In this document: piece after piece, positions 1 through 12,769 of the stretch
Layout of the letters: each line of letters opens with the position of its first letter
How positions within the stretch are numbered: position 1 is the first letter of the stretch
Origin: Scyliorhinus canicula
Lineage: Eukaryota
Length of the DNA stretch: 64,000 bases
Reading direction: 5' to 3'
NCBI RefSeq assembly: GCF_902713615.1
Contig: NW_024055454.1
Coordinates: 62,001 to 126,000, forward strand
The notes under the pieces: generated by a model
What the model saw: only the letters and a program-made list of their open reading frames with translations
Database searches by the model: none
Told to the model about the DNA's origin: nothing
Made by a program: the position numbers and the translations under genes

Positions 1-1555
1 GTGTGAACATATGTGTATGTTCCTGTGTGCCCCTATGTGTGTGTTCCTGTGTGCCCCTATGTGTGTGTTCCTGTGTGTGTGAGAGAGACAGAGTATGTGT
101 ATGTATGTGAGATAGGTGTTAGAGGGAGAATAAAATAATTTGCAAGGGAGAGTTTCTGTGTGAGTGTGTGTGAGGGGATGTGTGTGAGAGAGATTTTGTG
201 TGTGAGTGAGAGAGGCAATGTGTGTGAGAGTGTGTAATGGGAAGATTGTGTGCGTGAGTTCGAGATTGTGTGTGTATGTGAGTGTGTGTGAGAGATTAGA
301 GAGCACGTGGGTGTGTACCTCAGACAGAGAGAGACCACGTGTGTCAGAGAGAGACAGAATGTGGGGCACGTTTGTGTGTTTCTGAGAACATGTGATAGAG
401 TATGCCAAAGAACGATAGAACGATACAGCGCAGTACAGGCCCTTCGGCCCACGATGTTGCACCGACATGGGAAGTCAAAAACTAAAGGCCATCTAACCTA
501 CACTATGCCATTATCATCCATATGCTTATCCAATAAACTTTTAAATGCCCTCAACATGTCTGTGTTTGGGTGAAAGAAAGTGTGTTCACGAGGTATGTAT
601 GTACCAGTGTGTGTCAGAGAGAGAAATAAGTGCTTGTGTGAGTATGTATGTGTTTGTGTATGAGAGTGTGCATGTGCGAAAGAGAGAGATTGTTTGAGAG
701 AGGCACGTGACACAATGTGCATGAGAGCGAGCAGGTGAGAGAATGTATGTGTGTGACAGGGTGCGTGTTTGTGTCTGTGGAAGTGTGTGTGAGAGAAAGG
801 GAGAGAGATACAGTAGTATGTTTGAGATTATGTGTGTGAAATAAGGAATGATTCTGTTTGAAGAGCGATTATGGATGTGAGACTGTGTGTGGGAGAGAGA
901 GATCTGTGTGTCTGAGATAGTGTGTCTGCCATAGAGAGGGAGTGTGTGAGAGAAAGAATGTGCGGATGAGAGAGTGTGTGTGTCAGAGAGAGAGAGAATG
1001 TGTGAGAGTGTGAGATACTGCATGCCTGAAAGAGAGAAATAGTTTGTTTGTCAACAGAGAGAGAGAATGAGACAGTGTCCATGAGAGAGAGAGAGAGAGG
1101 GCATGTGCCAGGGTGCACGTTTGAGAGAGCGTGTAAGCGAGAGAGTGAGAGAGTAATAATGTGTTGGTGAGTTTGTGTGCGTCTGAGATATTGTATATGT
1201 ATATAAGAGGGAATATGTGTGAGAGAGAGCCTGAAAGAAAAAAATGCTACGTTTGAAGAGCGATTATGCTTGTATGTGAGGGAGAGAGACGGTCTCTGTG
1301 TTTGACAGTGGGTGTGAGAGTGAGGCAAGGTGTATCAGAGATTTGGTGAAAGAGAATGCGTGTGAGATAGATCGTGTGTGAGTGAGAGCACGTGGGTGAG
1401 AGATCATCACAGTGTGTCTGAGAGTGAGATTGTGAGTGTGTGATTGTGTGTGAGGCACAGTGTGTATATTTGAAAGAAGTATTGTGATTATGCGCGTGAG
1501 AGAATTCGTTTGTGTGAGGATGTAAGAGAAATAGCGAGTGAGAGTGTGTATGTGT
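1..1555. repeat. Degenerate (GT)n/(GA)n low-complexity tract
   Basis: Continuous gtgtgt/gagaga mosaics; the ORFs here are H/T/L/S-rich artefacts. Confidence 0.9.
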
Positions 1556-1574
1556 TTGTATCGATGTATGGGTG

Positions 1575-1760
1575 CACCAACACCTGCAAGTTCCCTTCCA
1601 AGACACTCACCGTCCTGATTTGGAAATATACTGCCAATCCTTCACTGTCGCCGAGTCAAAATTCTGGACCTCCCTCCCTAGCAATATTGCAGATATACCT
1701 CCGCCACATGGACTGCAGCTATTCAAGGATGCTTCACATCAAAACTTTCCCAAGGACCCT
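1575..1760 (+). mobile_element. 3' fragment of an old CR1/L2-superfamily LINE
   Basis: Same sequence family as 10980-11210 and 13750-13990 (cacctgcaagttccc...atcgccgttccttcactgt-like motif). Confidence 0.55.
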
Positions 1761-1762
1761 TA

Positions 1763-1945
1763 ATGAAATGAAATGAAAATCGCTTATTGTCACGAGTAGG
1801 CTTCAATGAAGTTACTGTGTAAAAGCCCCTAGTCGCCACATTCCGGCGCCTGTCCGGGGAGGCTGGTACGGGAATCGAATCGTGCTGCTGGCCTGCTTAG
1901 TCTGTAAAAAGCCAGCGATTTAGCCGAGTGAGCTAAACCAGCCCC
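1763..1945 (-). mobile_element. tRNA-derived SINE (second family, (TTTCA)n tail)
   Basis: Reverse complement starts ggggctggtttagctcactcggctaaatcgctgg, has an internal B-box-like gattcgattcc and ends in (catt)tcatttcattt. Near-identical copies at 36779, 59059 and 16749. Confidence 0.8.
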
Positions 1946-4058
1946 AGGGATATATATTAAAATCTAGCCTTGCCAGCGCCTCCAGAATCCTAGGATAGGA
2001 TTAAAAATCAAATGCAAAGGGATTTCTCCGCTGCACTGACGCATTAAATAGATCAAGGACTGCCATAGCACGGAATGTAACCCAATAAATCGCTCTCTGC
2101 ATTGCCGAATCGAAAATTCCCAAGACCGATATATCACTGCTTAAAAATCAACCAAATCTCCTTCTCCAGCCTGTCTGGCGTTGCTGAATTCTTTCTGACT
2201 GTCACAATCTGGGTTTGGAATCCCCTTTCTGAGTCACCTAGTCAAACATCAAGTATAATTTCCACATTCCACACATATACAAGTTTTATTGAAGAGATTG
2301 ATCAAATTGTACTCCCTGAAATATTGGAAAATGAAGCAGAAGATTTACAACCAGTCAGGAAGATTCCTGGTCCCAGCACAGTGACCACACGCACAGAAAC
2401 TGAACAGACGCAAATGACAACAATCGAGTTCCAGCAGATAGATCTATTCAATCTGTCAGTTTCATGAAACTGTTTGATTCTAATTTATCAATGGTCAACT
2501 TCCGACAACAATAATTTAGTAACTTATTTGAAATTAAACTGACATTAATTTCAAAACTGCATTCGGTTTTTAACTATTTCTCTCTGTCTATCTCAAAACT
2601 CGACAATTGGGCAAAAAGTAGTTTTGCTGAAAATGAGCAGATTAAATATTACAGATTCAGGCTAGATTAATGACGGAACAGAGACTCAGTGACAGGGTAA
2701 TAATTAAACAAACCAGGAAATATTCACATTACCCACTGATATGATCTAAAAACACAATTAAATGTAATCAGAAAAATAATCAGGGCAAAAGAATGTAATC
2801 AGTAAAATAATTGAGCTGCACACAGCAGTATAATGAAATGTATGGTTTCCTCAATTAATTTCAGATATTATTAAAATTCTCTAAAACATTTGAGATATTG
2901 CACGACAGGATACAACTCAATTGTAGGAGATCATTTATGTTGAATTAATTCTCACTGATATTGTACTGTAAGTTATTGTTAATTGTCAGCTAATTCTTTA
3001 TTCGATTATCTGTACTATAATAATAAATATAATAAAAATAGCATTCAATAATCCCCAAATTGTTTTTACCCAGAGCGTTATGAAATAATTGGGGTTTAAT
3101 TAAAACAACCTGACAATCAAACAATGTTGAACAGTAAACTCCAAATTACTCGATGGAAACATCTTAACATTTAATTGACTATATTCACATTTCTTTAAAC
3201 TCCAATTGCTCTATTCGACCTACAAATGTGTAAAATATGCGCCTTTCTGAAAATATTGATAAATCATAAACTCCATCTATTCTCAGAAAGTAATGAATAT
3301 AACGAGAACAGCTCAGTAATGTTTATTCAAATCATTTGCAAAACGCACCCATTATGAGCAAGTGGAGTCGACAATTTGTTGTTGAATTTAGCATTTAATA
3401 AAATGTATGCCTAAAGCTAAGATATAATCATTCTTCCTTTCCAATCATCTGTTCTTCCTATAATTCTATTGTGTGTAGAGCCCAGCTATGGGAGACAGGA
3501 TGTCATTATCAAATGCAAAGCTACTTTTAACCTTTTGTAAATAAATAAACCGGTTTGACATTCAAGCTTTTACTTTTCAATCTCTTGCCATATGCAATCT
3601 GAACTTTCCTACAATACAAATAAAATCATGGGAACAATTCCTTGATTGGCAGCGACTTCCACATCTCAGAAACCTATTTAAGATTAGATTAATGATAATT
3701 ACCTCGCTACCCAACTACGCATTACAGTGAAGGTATAATATGGTTGCAGCACCACAGAAATAATAGAATAACTGGAATTACAAAGTATTTCCAGCCTAGA
3801 AACCTGTCCGGTAAAGTTAACCTCGTGCGGAACACAGCAGGATTGTGAAAGGTGATTAATGATGAATTAGATTAATATATAATAACCTTTGGTTAATATG
3901 GAGTTGTATCACCGCATTAGAATTGTTTGAATTATATAAATGTTACTATGTTCTGCATGGTCGTTTCAGTCACTATTTCGTTTAATCTGGAAGCATCAGT
4001 TAAAATTACAAAATGCATCAATATATCTTTATTCGATTATTTTCTTAAGCCTGGCTGT

Positions 4059-5260
4059 TTTCACCCGACAATCGCCCTTCAAGCATTTTCAAACGCGGAG
4101 ACTGTTTGCATTCAACCAGAAAACGTGTAACCGCTCAGTGTCACCGAGTTTAAACAATGCAGAAACAATGCAGAAACGCTGAACAGTTTGACAGATCTGA
4201 ATCATTTAAAGTCACCCAGATACACAATCTCCTCAGCAGAACAAAACACTAAATTACATCAATGAAGGACTGAAACCCGTTTATGGAGAAGCAGCTCAAT
4301 TCTACGTCGAACAGCATCAAACTTAACTTTGCAAGAAAATATCAATATCCAGCAAACCAGCTAGTCACCAAATGTATGAATTATTAAACTAAACAGAAAT
4401 GTGGAATAACAGCAATAGCATTGCGAGGTGCTCGAATATTAACAACAAATAAATGTTGAAACTTAACCATTTTTTTCATACTGAGTCATTTTTCAAACAC
4501 ATTTAATGCTTTTAATGTTTGCAGTTGATGGTAAAAGCTGCAACCATCAGATGCCACGGAGATTTAAATTTGCACAAACGGCAAACTGATTGCAGCAACA
4601 ACTTGTGCTCGGAAAGGATTGTCGTAGAACGTGGCTTAGTTTAATCTGCAATTTTCACTTTTTTCAAGATGCAGAAACAGCCTCCCTGTTCTCTGCAGAC
4701 AATCCTGCGACAAGCAGTTTCAAACACGTATACTTTGCATTCAATCACAAACCGTGTAACCGCTCAGTGTCACCGAGTTGAAACAATACAGACACACCAA
4801 ACCGTTTCACAAACTTTCCTACACAAAGTCACCCAAAAACATTCCGCAGCAGGAAAACACCAAATCACATCACTGAAGGAGTGAAACATCATAGAGAAGC
4901 AGCTCAATTCTACAAAACACTTCCAAAAGAATCGAATGTAACATTGCAAGAAAATCTCAATTTAGAATGCACCAAACCCTCATGTCATCAAATGAATGAA
5001 CAGTAAACTAAACAGAAAACTTGAATGATATCATCAGCACTTTCAGTAAGCAGAACATGTTCAATAAGATAATACAGAAACTTTAGCACATTTTATCAAT
5101 GTTGGGATCGATATCATGCACTTGTGCGGTGGACGGTACAAACTGCAGACATTAGATAGAACCGAGATTAAACATCGTACAAACAGACGTTTTGTATTTA
5201 AAGTAACCGAACCACACAGTATCCTCAGCAAATAAACATTAGATCACAGCAAACAGCGAC
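4059..5260. repeat. Diverged tandem triplication (~630-bp period) downstream of JH
   Basis: gtgtaaccgctcagtgtcaccgagtt and gagaagcagctcaattctac occur in both the ~4060-4440 and ~4690-5040 copies; a partial third copy lies at ~5160-5260. Confidence 0.75.
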
Positions 5261-5464
5261 TGATCCCTGAGCAGTATCTTTCTGTCAAGAAATTGCGGGA
5301 TTCTATATCCCCCTTTCAGCAGAATCAAATGAAACATTGCAACAACATCTCAATACATGATCCACCAAAACACATTTCAGTGAACGAATGGATTTTGAAA
5401 ATGCAGAAAAATCTAAAACAAATACTCAAGTAAAACAGTTGGTAAATGACTGAATGGTTCTTAC

Positions 5465-5512
5465 CTGCAGTCACCGTCACCATGGTGCCTTGTCCCCAGT
5501 AGTCCATGGCGT
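5465..5512 (-). CDS. IGHJ: Immunoglobulin heavy-chain J segment (AMDYWGQGTMVTVTA), phase-1 donor GTAAG
   Basis: WGxG motif, shark-type TMVTVT ending, donor at 5464-5463, preceded by a 23-RSS. Confidence 0.97.
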
Positions 5513-5551
5513 CACAGTGTCACATTCCCTGGGCTGCTCCATACAATAACC
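5513..5551 (-). promoter_or_regulatory. JH 23-RSS
   Basis: Plus strand CACAGTG (5513-5519), 23-bp spacer, ACAATAACC (5543-5551). Confidence 0.95.
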
Positions 5552-5873
5552 GCACTCTGCACAAATAGACAGAAATCCAGCATTATTTTAAATATTCACA
5601 AACCAACGGCAAAGAAAATTCACGATTAATTTTCAGGAAATTATATTAATATTTGTGGATACCGCTCTCTCTTCATAAATGACCGAATGTTTTACATTTC
5701 ACAGATATGGAAATGTTACTGAAAACACCAACTGTGACTAACTAACGACCACCAAATTTCCATATTAATTCTTATTATTTTGTCAGTGCTGGAAATAAAT
5801 AATGCTTCACTGTAAATAAAGTTGGATTGTAAAAGCGAGCACTGAGCCAGCCTCAGTGAATTAGTGCTGAGGG

Positions 5874-5939
5874 GCTTTTTGTATTGACAGTAACTGCTGT
5901 GCCCCAGTTATCACAGTGAGACACAGCGTGTCAAATACT
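5874..5939 (-). other. IGHD: IgH D2 segment (ATAACTGGGG, 5902-5911) flanked by 12/12 RSSs
   Basis: Plus strand GCTTTTTGT-12bp-TGCTGTG-[ccccagttat]-CACAGTG-12bp-TCAAATACT. Confidence 0.9.
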
Positions 5940-6247
5940 GCGGCAGACTGTTAACTAAAATACAGAGATTTAATTCACTGCTCTCCCAAAAAACTAACTC
6001 TGTCTCTTCCAAGGCGAATGGGTGAGTTATTTCAGCTTGTCCTGGTCATTACATTTAGAAGAAGATCGGAACACTTTTAAAACCTCTGTGCACATTTCGC
6101 GAGTCGGTCAACAGTGATAAAGTGGAAGATTTTTATACCTTTTTGCAAACTAATATTACTTCCAAACGTTGTTTTATTTAAAACTCGTTTACTTTAACGT
6201 TCGTGCTGTGACGCTGATCACCAATTTGAACAAGCTCTATTCACTGA

Positions 6248-6325
6248 GGTTTTTGTATGAGGATGTCGCTGTGCACAGCACTGTGACCCACTGTAGTCAC
6301 AGTGACAGACACCCGCACAAAAACT
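6248..6325 (-). other. IGHD: IgH D1 segment (ACTACAGTGGGT, 6286-6297) flanked by 12 (V side) and 22 (D2 side) RSSs
   Basis: Plus strand GGTTTTTGT-22bp-CACTGTG-[acccactgtagt]-CACAGTG-12bp-ACAAAAACT; all three sense frames are open (TTVG, LQW, YSG). Confidence 0.95.
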
Positions 6326-6693
6326 GCACTCACTCTCTGTTCAGTCCTGCCGCTCAATATTCGCTACAAATACAGTTTACTTCTGATCTAATTTACAATT
6401 TATACAGCAGTTTATCAAATCCAATGGACATAGATTTTCCCAAGAATCAGAAATAATAAACCAGGATTATAGCCAAGTCTCTAATTGCTGAAAATGTGAA
6501 CAGTAAATATAAACAGACAAAAGCTCATCCTATTAGATCGATTAGTTTGTTCAGTTTTACTGTTTAATTTACTCTGTGTGAGTTATGTAAGAAGCAGCTT
6601 GTGCAATGACTCTGATCACTGACATTAATATTACATTTGAATCAAGTACTGACCTTCAGGTTAAGGTGCAAGTTGCTGAATTCCCTCTCGAGC

Positions 6694-6732
6694 TGTTCTT
6701 GTGCGGGTCCAGCCCTGGTTCCTCTCGCTGTG
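6694..6732 (-). promoter_or_regulatory. VH 23-RSS
   Basis: Minus strand CACAGCG, 23-bp spacer, ACAAGAACA directly after ...YYCARD. Confidence 0.93.
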
Positions 6733-7037
6733 GTCTCTTGCACAGTAATAGATGGCGGTGTCTTCGGTCTTCAGGCTCCTCATGGCCAAAGAGAAGATGT
6801 TGTTTGAAGTGTCTTTGGACGCAGTGAATCGATCTTTAATGGCTGGGGCGTAGCCGTTGCTGGATGAAGTATAGTAATATACCAACCACTCCAGCCCCTG
6901 TCCGGGAACCTGGCGGACCCAGTTCATGGCGTAGCTGCCAAGATCGAAGCCGCTGGTTTTGCAGGTCAGTGTCAGGGAGCCTCCGGGACGCCCGGTCTCT
7001 GCCTCTGGCTGAGTCAACACAACATCCGACTGGACAC
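6733..7037 (-). CDS. IGHV: IgM-type VH exon, intact ([49 protein letters not shown]...[11 protein letters not shown])
   Basis: Open frame with Cys, Trp (WVRQ), DxAxYYC; acceptor tttttacag. FR1 resembles shark IgM VH as I recall it; the isotype call was not checked by alignment. Confidence 0.95.
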
Positions 7038-7165
7038 CTGTAAAAATATATCAAAAAGCCCGAGGATTAATGCTGGTGAAATGATTGGTGACTCTGGAAC
7101 ATTCCAGAGAGAGACTAACACTGAGACAGTAACAGTGAGAGACTTGGACAATAAAAACTACTCAC

Positions 7166-7211
7166 GGGATAAGAAAGTCAGCAACAAACTGAGAGAAATG
7201 GCCCACCTCAT
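7166..7211 (-). CDS. IGHV: VH leader exon (MRWAISLSLLLTFLS-R; possible upstream in-frame ATG at 7223)
   Basis: 46-nt hydrophobic exon, phase-1 donor GTGAGT, splices in frame to give ...[13 protein letters not shown]. Confidence 0.92.
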
Positions 7212-7300
7212 CCTTCTGGTCATTTGGGGGAAATGGTTGTGTCAGGAACTCAGTGAACAAACCAGCTCCCGGACTGTTGGATTCGGGTCCCAGTGAGCGG

Positions 7301-7310
7301 CATTTAAATA
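7301..7310 (-). promoter_or_regulatory. TATA-like element of the VH promoter, next to a GC-rich block
   Basis: TATTTAAATG on the minus strand ~90 bp upstream of the leader ATG; GC-box-like ggggcgg at ~7322-7328. Confidence 0.5.
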
Positions 7311-10300
7311 CCCGGCAGAAGGGGGCGGCTTTCCAGGCGCCGCCTGTTGATTCCCTGGTGGAGGCGGCGACTGGATCCACGTTCCACCTTCCACACCCCC
7401 AACAGAATGGACTCAGATATTTACTATAGGTTATTATTTAAAAAACGATATTGATCGGTATCGGTATATTTGTTTGGCTGAATGGATTCATTGTAATGTC
7501 TATCCTCATCTGAATGGAAAATGATATTTGAACATCTCTAAGTAAAATCGAATTCCATTATATATTAAGTCTCTTTATTTCTGCACTCCAATATAAAGGG
7601 ATGAACACAGACAGATTAATTTACACTATCAGGGAATAAATTGTCTGTCACTCAGATATGCAAAACTCCGGGACTCTATCCCATTGCAACAATAAAGTAT
7701 AATTTATCAGACGAAATGTAACTAAATGAGGGAATGAATGACGTGATTACATTTGCAGTGCGGATGGCCATCACTGTACAATGTGGGTCTGTCGACAAGA
7801 AGAAACTCCTCACATTATACAATGTCTCTCTTCACATTTCTCGAACTGTCCCTGAGCCTCAGACAGTCCTGTGAACATTAGCGGTAAAAGAAGCCGCTTG
7901 CCTGATAATTCAGCAGTGAGTTGACAGAGAAACATAAAATTCCCATCAGCTTTTGACAGAGAAGTTAATGAATCAGAACACGCGGCGATCAGCAAAGTTA
8001 TCCTTCAGCATCCAAACCATTGCAGCTAATTTTACTGACCACGGCTGTCTAGCATTCACTGGTGTTGGAACACAGGATATCAGGACTTTGTGGCATATTA
8101 CACATATCACAGGAATAAATTGTTTATCTTCCACTGAAGCTGGTCATGAACTGGTAATTTCTCCACTCATTAGCAGCAATGAAAGGGACTTCTAACTAAT
8201 GGAAATCCAGACAAATTAAACTGTACAGAACCACGGTGCTAATCGGATATAAGAGAAGACTCCGTTTAAAGGAGATCAACAACTCGGAGAATATTCCAGG
8301 ATTCCCCGCGAATTCAATGCAGTATTTTAAAACTTTTAATTCATTTTATTTTATTTTTTGTAATTGGAGTCATCTTATTGAACTTGTGGATTGGGGGTCC
8401 ACCAACACCACCACTCCCACTTCATTAGGTTTTTAACAAACGGACTTTAATAACTAGAGTGACCTTTACTCGGAACTTATATAAATTAAATAGCATTAGT
8501 CAATTTACCATTTTCCTATCATGTTTAATCTAAGAGTGAACAGAACATTCACTGAATATATTTATTTAGATGGAACACCATTTAAAACGTTTACTTCATG
8601 TGCGACTAAACATCTATTGTTTGAATGGATAAATCCCATTTAATCCATTCATATTCAGGTTAATCTGTCCCACACAGTATTTGGCAGCAATCCAGCCGCC
8701 TGCAGTCAGGGAGGCTCGAATGTTCAATGTTGTTTACAGGAAGCATCTGGATTTGTTTTTCAGAGATCTGTTAGCTCAGTACTGACCGCTTGGCTGCAAG
8801 CCAACTTCAAACTCTTAACATTGTCAATGAGAACTATTTATAAACAAATCTACCCAGCAACAGTACTGGAGATCATTTATGTTTTAAATTGTGAACCTAT
8901 TTGTACTGTTCCCATCTCTATGGAAAGGATTTGTAGCCCCTCTTAGCAGCAATATCCCGCTGGAGGATCTCTCCCACATCTCATAACATTGTGATGACGG
9001 AAATAAATACAATCAGACTATCAGACAGAGGGTCCATTTGTAACAGACCAACACGTATATTCATGTTTTCCCCCTATATACGTCCAAGGATTGTGGGACT
9101 CAATACAAGACCCTGCCCCTAATTACTCTTGAACTGAGTGGTTTGCTTTGCCAGTTCAGAATGAATGGAAGAGTCAGACATGTTGCTGTCCGACTGGAGC
9201 CTGATGTAGGTGAAGCCAGGGAGAGATGACAGATTTCCTTCATTGGTGAAACAGAGCGGATTTCATGTAATATGTATTCCAGATTATTAAGTGGAACTCA
9301 AATTCTTCCCTCCGACTATGGTGGGATTTGTTCCCGAGCATTTGTACCCGGGCAGTTTTATTACTGGCCCAATAACATTAATGCTGCATCACCATCCACC
9401 CAAAATATAAAGGGATCACTGATTTGATGTAGAGATGAGTGTTAGTTGGATGCCTGAATATTGTGATTGAGGAATCAGTGAATGGGGTTGATGGATGGAT
9501 GGATAGATGGCCCTGAAAGATGCTGTTCTACATTCTCAGTTTTGCGCTTGATGATTTCACAAATTAAAGTTGGTCCTTTATAATTTGTATCGCCTGATAC
9601 ATTCGGTGGCTGAAGCCTTTCTGGGTGAATTCCCTCCCCAGACTATCGGCAAATAACGAGCTAGACGTCAATAAGAGGGAACTGGAGATATTCCTGCGGT
9701 GCTGGTGATCCTTCTCTGCTGATGGCGAATCTTCATCTCAAAACAGAAAGCGGGAACGTGATTACATTGAGGAGGGACGGCTGTAATATTTGGAACATGT
9801 GGCCATTTCGTGTACAATAAGTCACTCAAGATGTCCTCACCCAAATTAATGAAGACAGCAGACTAAAAACATATTAATGTGAAAACAGAAATACTGTGAA
9901 ACTCAGTGGAGAGCTGTAAATGTTGAATTACTTTCCAAAACAGTGTAATAAGAAATTGGGAAGGAAAGATTCATTAACGTCACATTAGGTAAAGGCATTT
10001 TTATTTCTACCGGCACTTTAAATATCATCTCACCCTCCAGTCTGGAGATTCTGTGTGACGATGACGAGATTACTGACCAATACAGCGCAGAGGCTGCTGG
10101 GTAGCTGCACACTCTCCTCGGTGTGGTTTAATTCCATTTCACATTGAATTCCGGTGTAGATGTGACTTCTTGGTGACAGAATGGTCAATGCTATTCAATT
10201 ACGTTTAACTCTAATAAATTATGTTAAACACACAAGAAAAGAATTAGGAGCAGAAATAAGCAATTAAGCCCTTCGAGCCTGCTCCGCCATTCAATCATCG

Positions 10301-10519
10301 TGGCTGATCTCTTCGAGGTCTCAAAACCACCTCCATTAAATGAATTCTATTTACATTTTGTAAAAGAAAGTGCGGATCATAATTGGTGAATGGAACTTCT
10401 TATGTTGTGTTGATGATAATTGAATAATATCATTATTTAACTTTGTGACTTGTGACAATTGGTGATATTCGCCACGGAATTGCTAAACAATGACCATTTC
10501 CAACAAGATAGAATCGAAC

Positions 10520-11210
10520 CATCGCTCCTTGACATTCACTGATATTGTCATCGCTGAATTCCCCACGATCAATACACTGGGGTTACCATTGACCAGAAAC
10601 TGTACTGGACTGACCATATAAATGCTGAGGCTACAAGATCCGATCAGCGTCCAGGAAACCTGCGGTGAGCAACTCGCCTCCTGACTCCCAAAGCCTGTTC
10701 ACTATCTACAAAGCAGAAACCATGGAGTGTAATTGAATACACTCCAGTTGCCTGGCTGGGTGCAGCTCCAACAAAATTCAAGAAGCTCGACACCATCCAG
10801 GCTAAAGAAGCTTTATTGTCATCCCATGTGCAAACACTCATTCCATCCACCTCCGGCGAATAATGGCAATAATGTCCCATCCACAAGATACACTGCAGGA
10901 ACGCAGCAAATCTCCTTTCGAAACACCTTCGGAACCCAGGACCATATCCTTCTAGAAGGAAAAGGCAGTTGATACATGGTAAGATCACCACCTGGAAATT
11001 CCCCTCCAAATCATTCACTATCCTAACTTGCAATATATCACCGAATCTTCGCTGTCGCTGGCTCAAAAGCCTAGAACTCCCTCCCTAACATCATCGTCGG
11101 TGGACCTGCACCAGAGTGGCTGCAGAGGTTCAAACAAGCAGTTCACCTCCTCTTTGTGAAAGGCAATTAGCGATGGACAATAAGTCATGCTGCCCTCGAT
11201 GCCCACACCA
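10520..11210 (+). mobile_element. Degenerate CR1/L2-superfamily LINE RT C-terminal fragment
   Basis: Homologous to 13250-13990 and 34850-35341 (cattgaccagaaactg...ctacaaga...ctcacctcctgact). Confidence 0.65.
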
Positions 11211-12769
11211 TATAACTTCATTTAAAACAGGACTTTGTGGAACGATGGCAATTGGCTGAATCTAATCATTTATATTCATAAATTAATGAAAAGTGGTGAA
11301 TATAATTGCTATGTTTCTGACCATTTATGGCCTCCGCCTTCTCTGCTGGAACAGTATAAGGCATCCCACAGGAGATTCATGATGTAAAATCATAACCAAT
11401 ATCGGAAACAAAGTGGACAGAGGGAAGTGCAACAACTATTGACATATCTCACTCATAGCAGCACTGGGAAGGCCTTTGCTAGCTTTACACTTTAAACACG
11501 TCATTCTGCTTGCAGGCGAAAAGTTGCTGGAAGTAAGGTGCTGTGTTTGTGTCACAAGATTTACTCTGACATGATCTGCTCTTTCTGCCACTGTCTACCT
11601 CTTCACCTTACTTTAATCAATCTCAATAAACATTCGACACTGTCGGTGGGCTGGTGTGAGCCACCAGGACCAGTGCATTTAGCAGCTTTGAAATAGACAA
11701 AAACCGAGAAAACGACAACCCAGAACGACAATTGGGAGCTTCATGTGCAACATTTGTGGAAATGTTGCTGTGTATCTATTGGAAATAGAAGGATGCCGTG
11801 GCCTTTGTTAAATTTATACGCAACATGTGTTCTCACACAAACACAGCCACACACACACACACACACACACAGTCTCCACGCACGCATTCTCTCTGTCTTA
11901 CACGCACAGACACATTTCCCCTTTAAAATTAAAATCCCAGTGTTAACTTCCGAGGAAGCTTCGGACACAATGGCCCCAACCATTTTGCAGGTGGTATAAT
12001 CAATCAATAAACACTCCCCAGCAGTATGTTTGTGAGATTAATGTTAAATTTCCCATGGACTCCATAGAACGCCCAGGTAAACATTCCTCTATTTAACAAA
12101 GATGAACAAAAACGCTTTACCAGGAATTGAGCCGCTTTGCTCTGGTACTGATCTCAATGTGGGAGAATCAGTCAGCCACACCTGCAATTAGTTACACTTT
12201 AAATTTTGGCACCTCCCGTAGAAGACGATGCGATATTACATTTGTGGAAATGGATTATGGATACATCAACATCATGGATTATACCTGACAGCAACATTTT
12301 CACAGCAACTGCAATTGTAAAGTTTGGCCAGCAGATGGGATTTAAATCGAGATGACTTGCATCACATGAAGCAGACATTGCCTCAATAATTACTGCTGCC
12401 TCTGCTAATTTTAAATTGGACTCCATCTGTATTTTTGTTAGGCTAGACAGTGTCTTTGTTTTTATACACGGCACTGTTTCAATTAATACTGCACCAGTAC
12501 TTGTCAATGTTTATATCACACAATCAATGTGATCCTATTTTCAATATACAGTATCTGACTCTGCAGTTTTGCCACATCCAGTCCTGAATAGTAATGAATA
12601 AATAAACAAAAGGCCGGAATAGGAGCCTCAATAAAATTCCCCTCTTCAATGATGCCGGGAGCCCAGCACGTCAGTGCAAAAAAAAGAGCTGAAAGTTTCT
12701 GCAGAAGTGCCGAGATGATGATCCATCTCGGCCTCCTCCGGTGGTCTGCATCATCGTGGATGTCAGTCT

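Noticed and set aside
57-1606. Many long ORFs in the first 1.6 kb
   Set aside because: Products of (GT/GA)n low-complexity sequence; no domain-like content.
2102-2467. 121-aa plus-strand ORF
   Set aside because: No recognisable motif, no splice context, and antisense to the IgH cluster.
7314-7370. GGCAGAAGGGGGCGG as a CTCF site, plus an 8-bp GC hairpin in the VH promoter
   Set aside because: Two mismatches in the CTCF core; equally explained as a GC box, and short GC stems are expected by chance.
7646-7760. Octamer-like ATGCAAAA / ATTTGCAG and TGACGTGA upstream of VH
   Set aside because: Imperfect matches 430-550 bp from the ATG; too distant and degenerate to call.
11667-11705. Perfect nonamer ACAAAAACC
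   Set aside because: No CAC-starting heptamer at 12 or 23 bp (the best is ACCAGTG at 21 bp) and no V-like coding flank.
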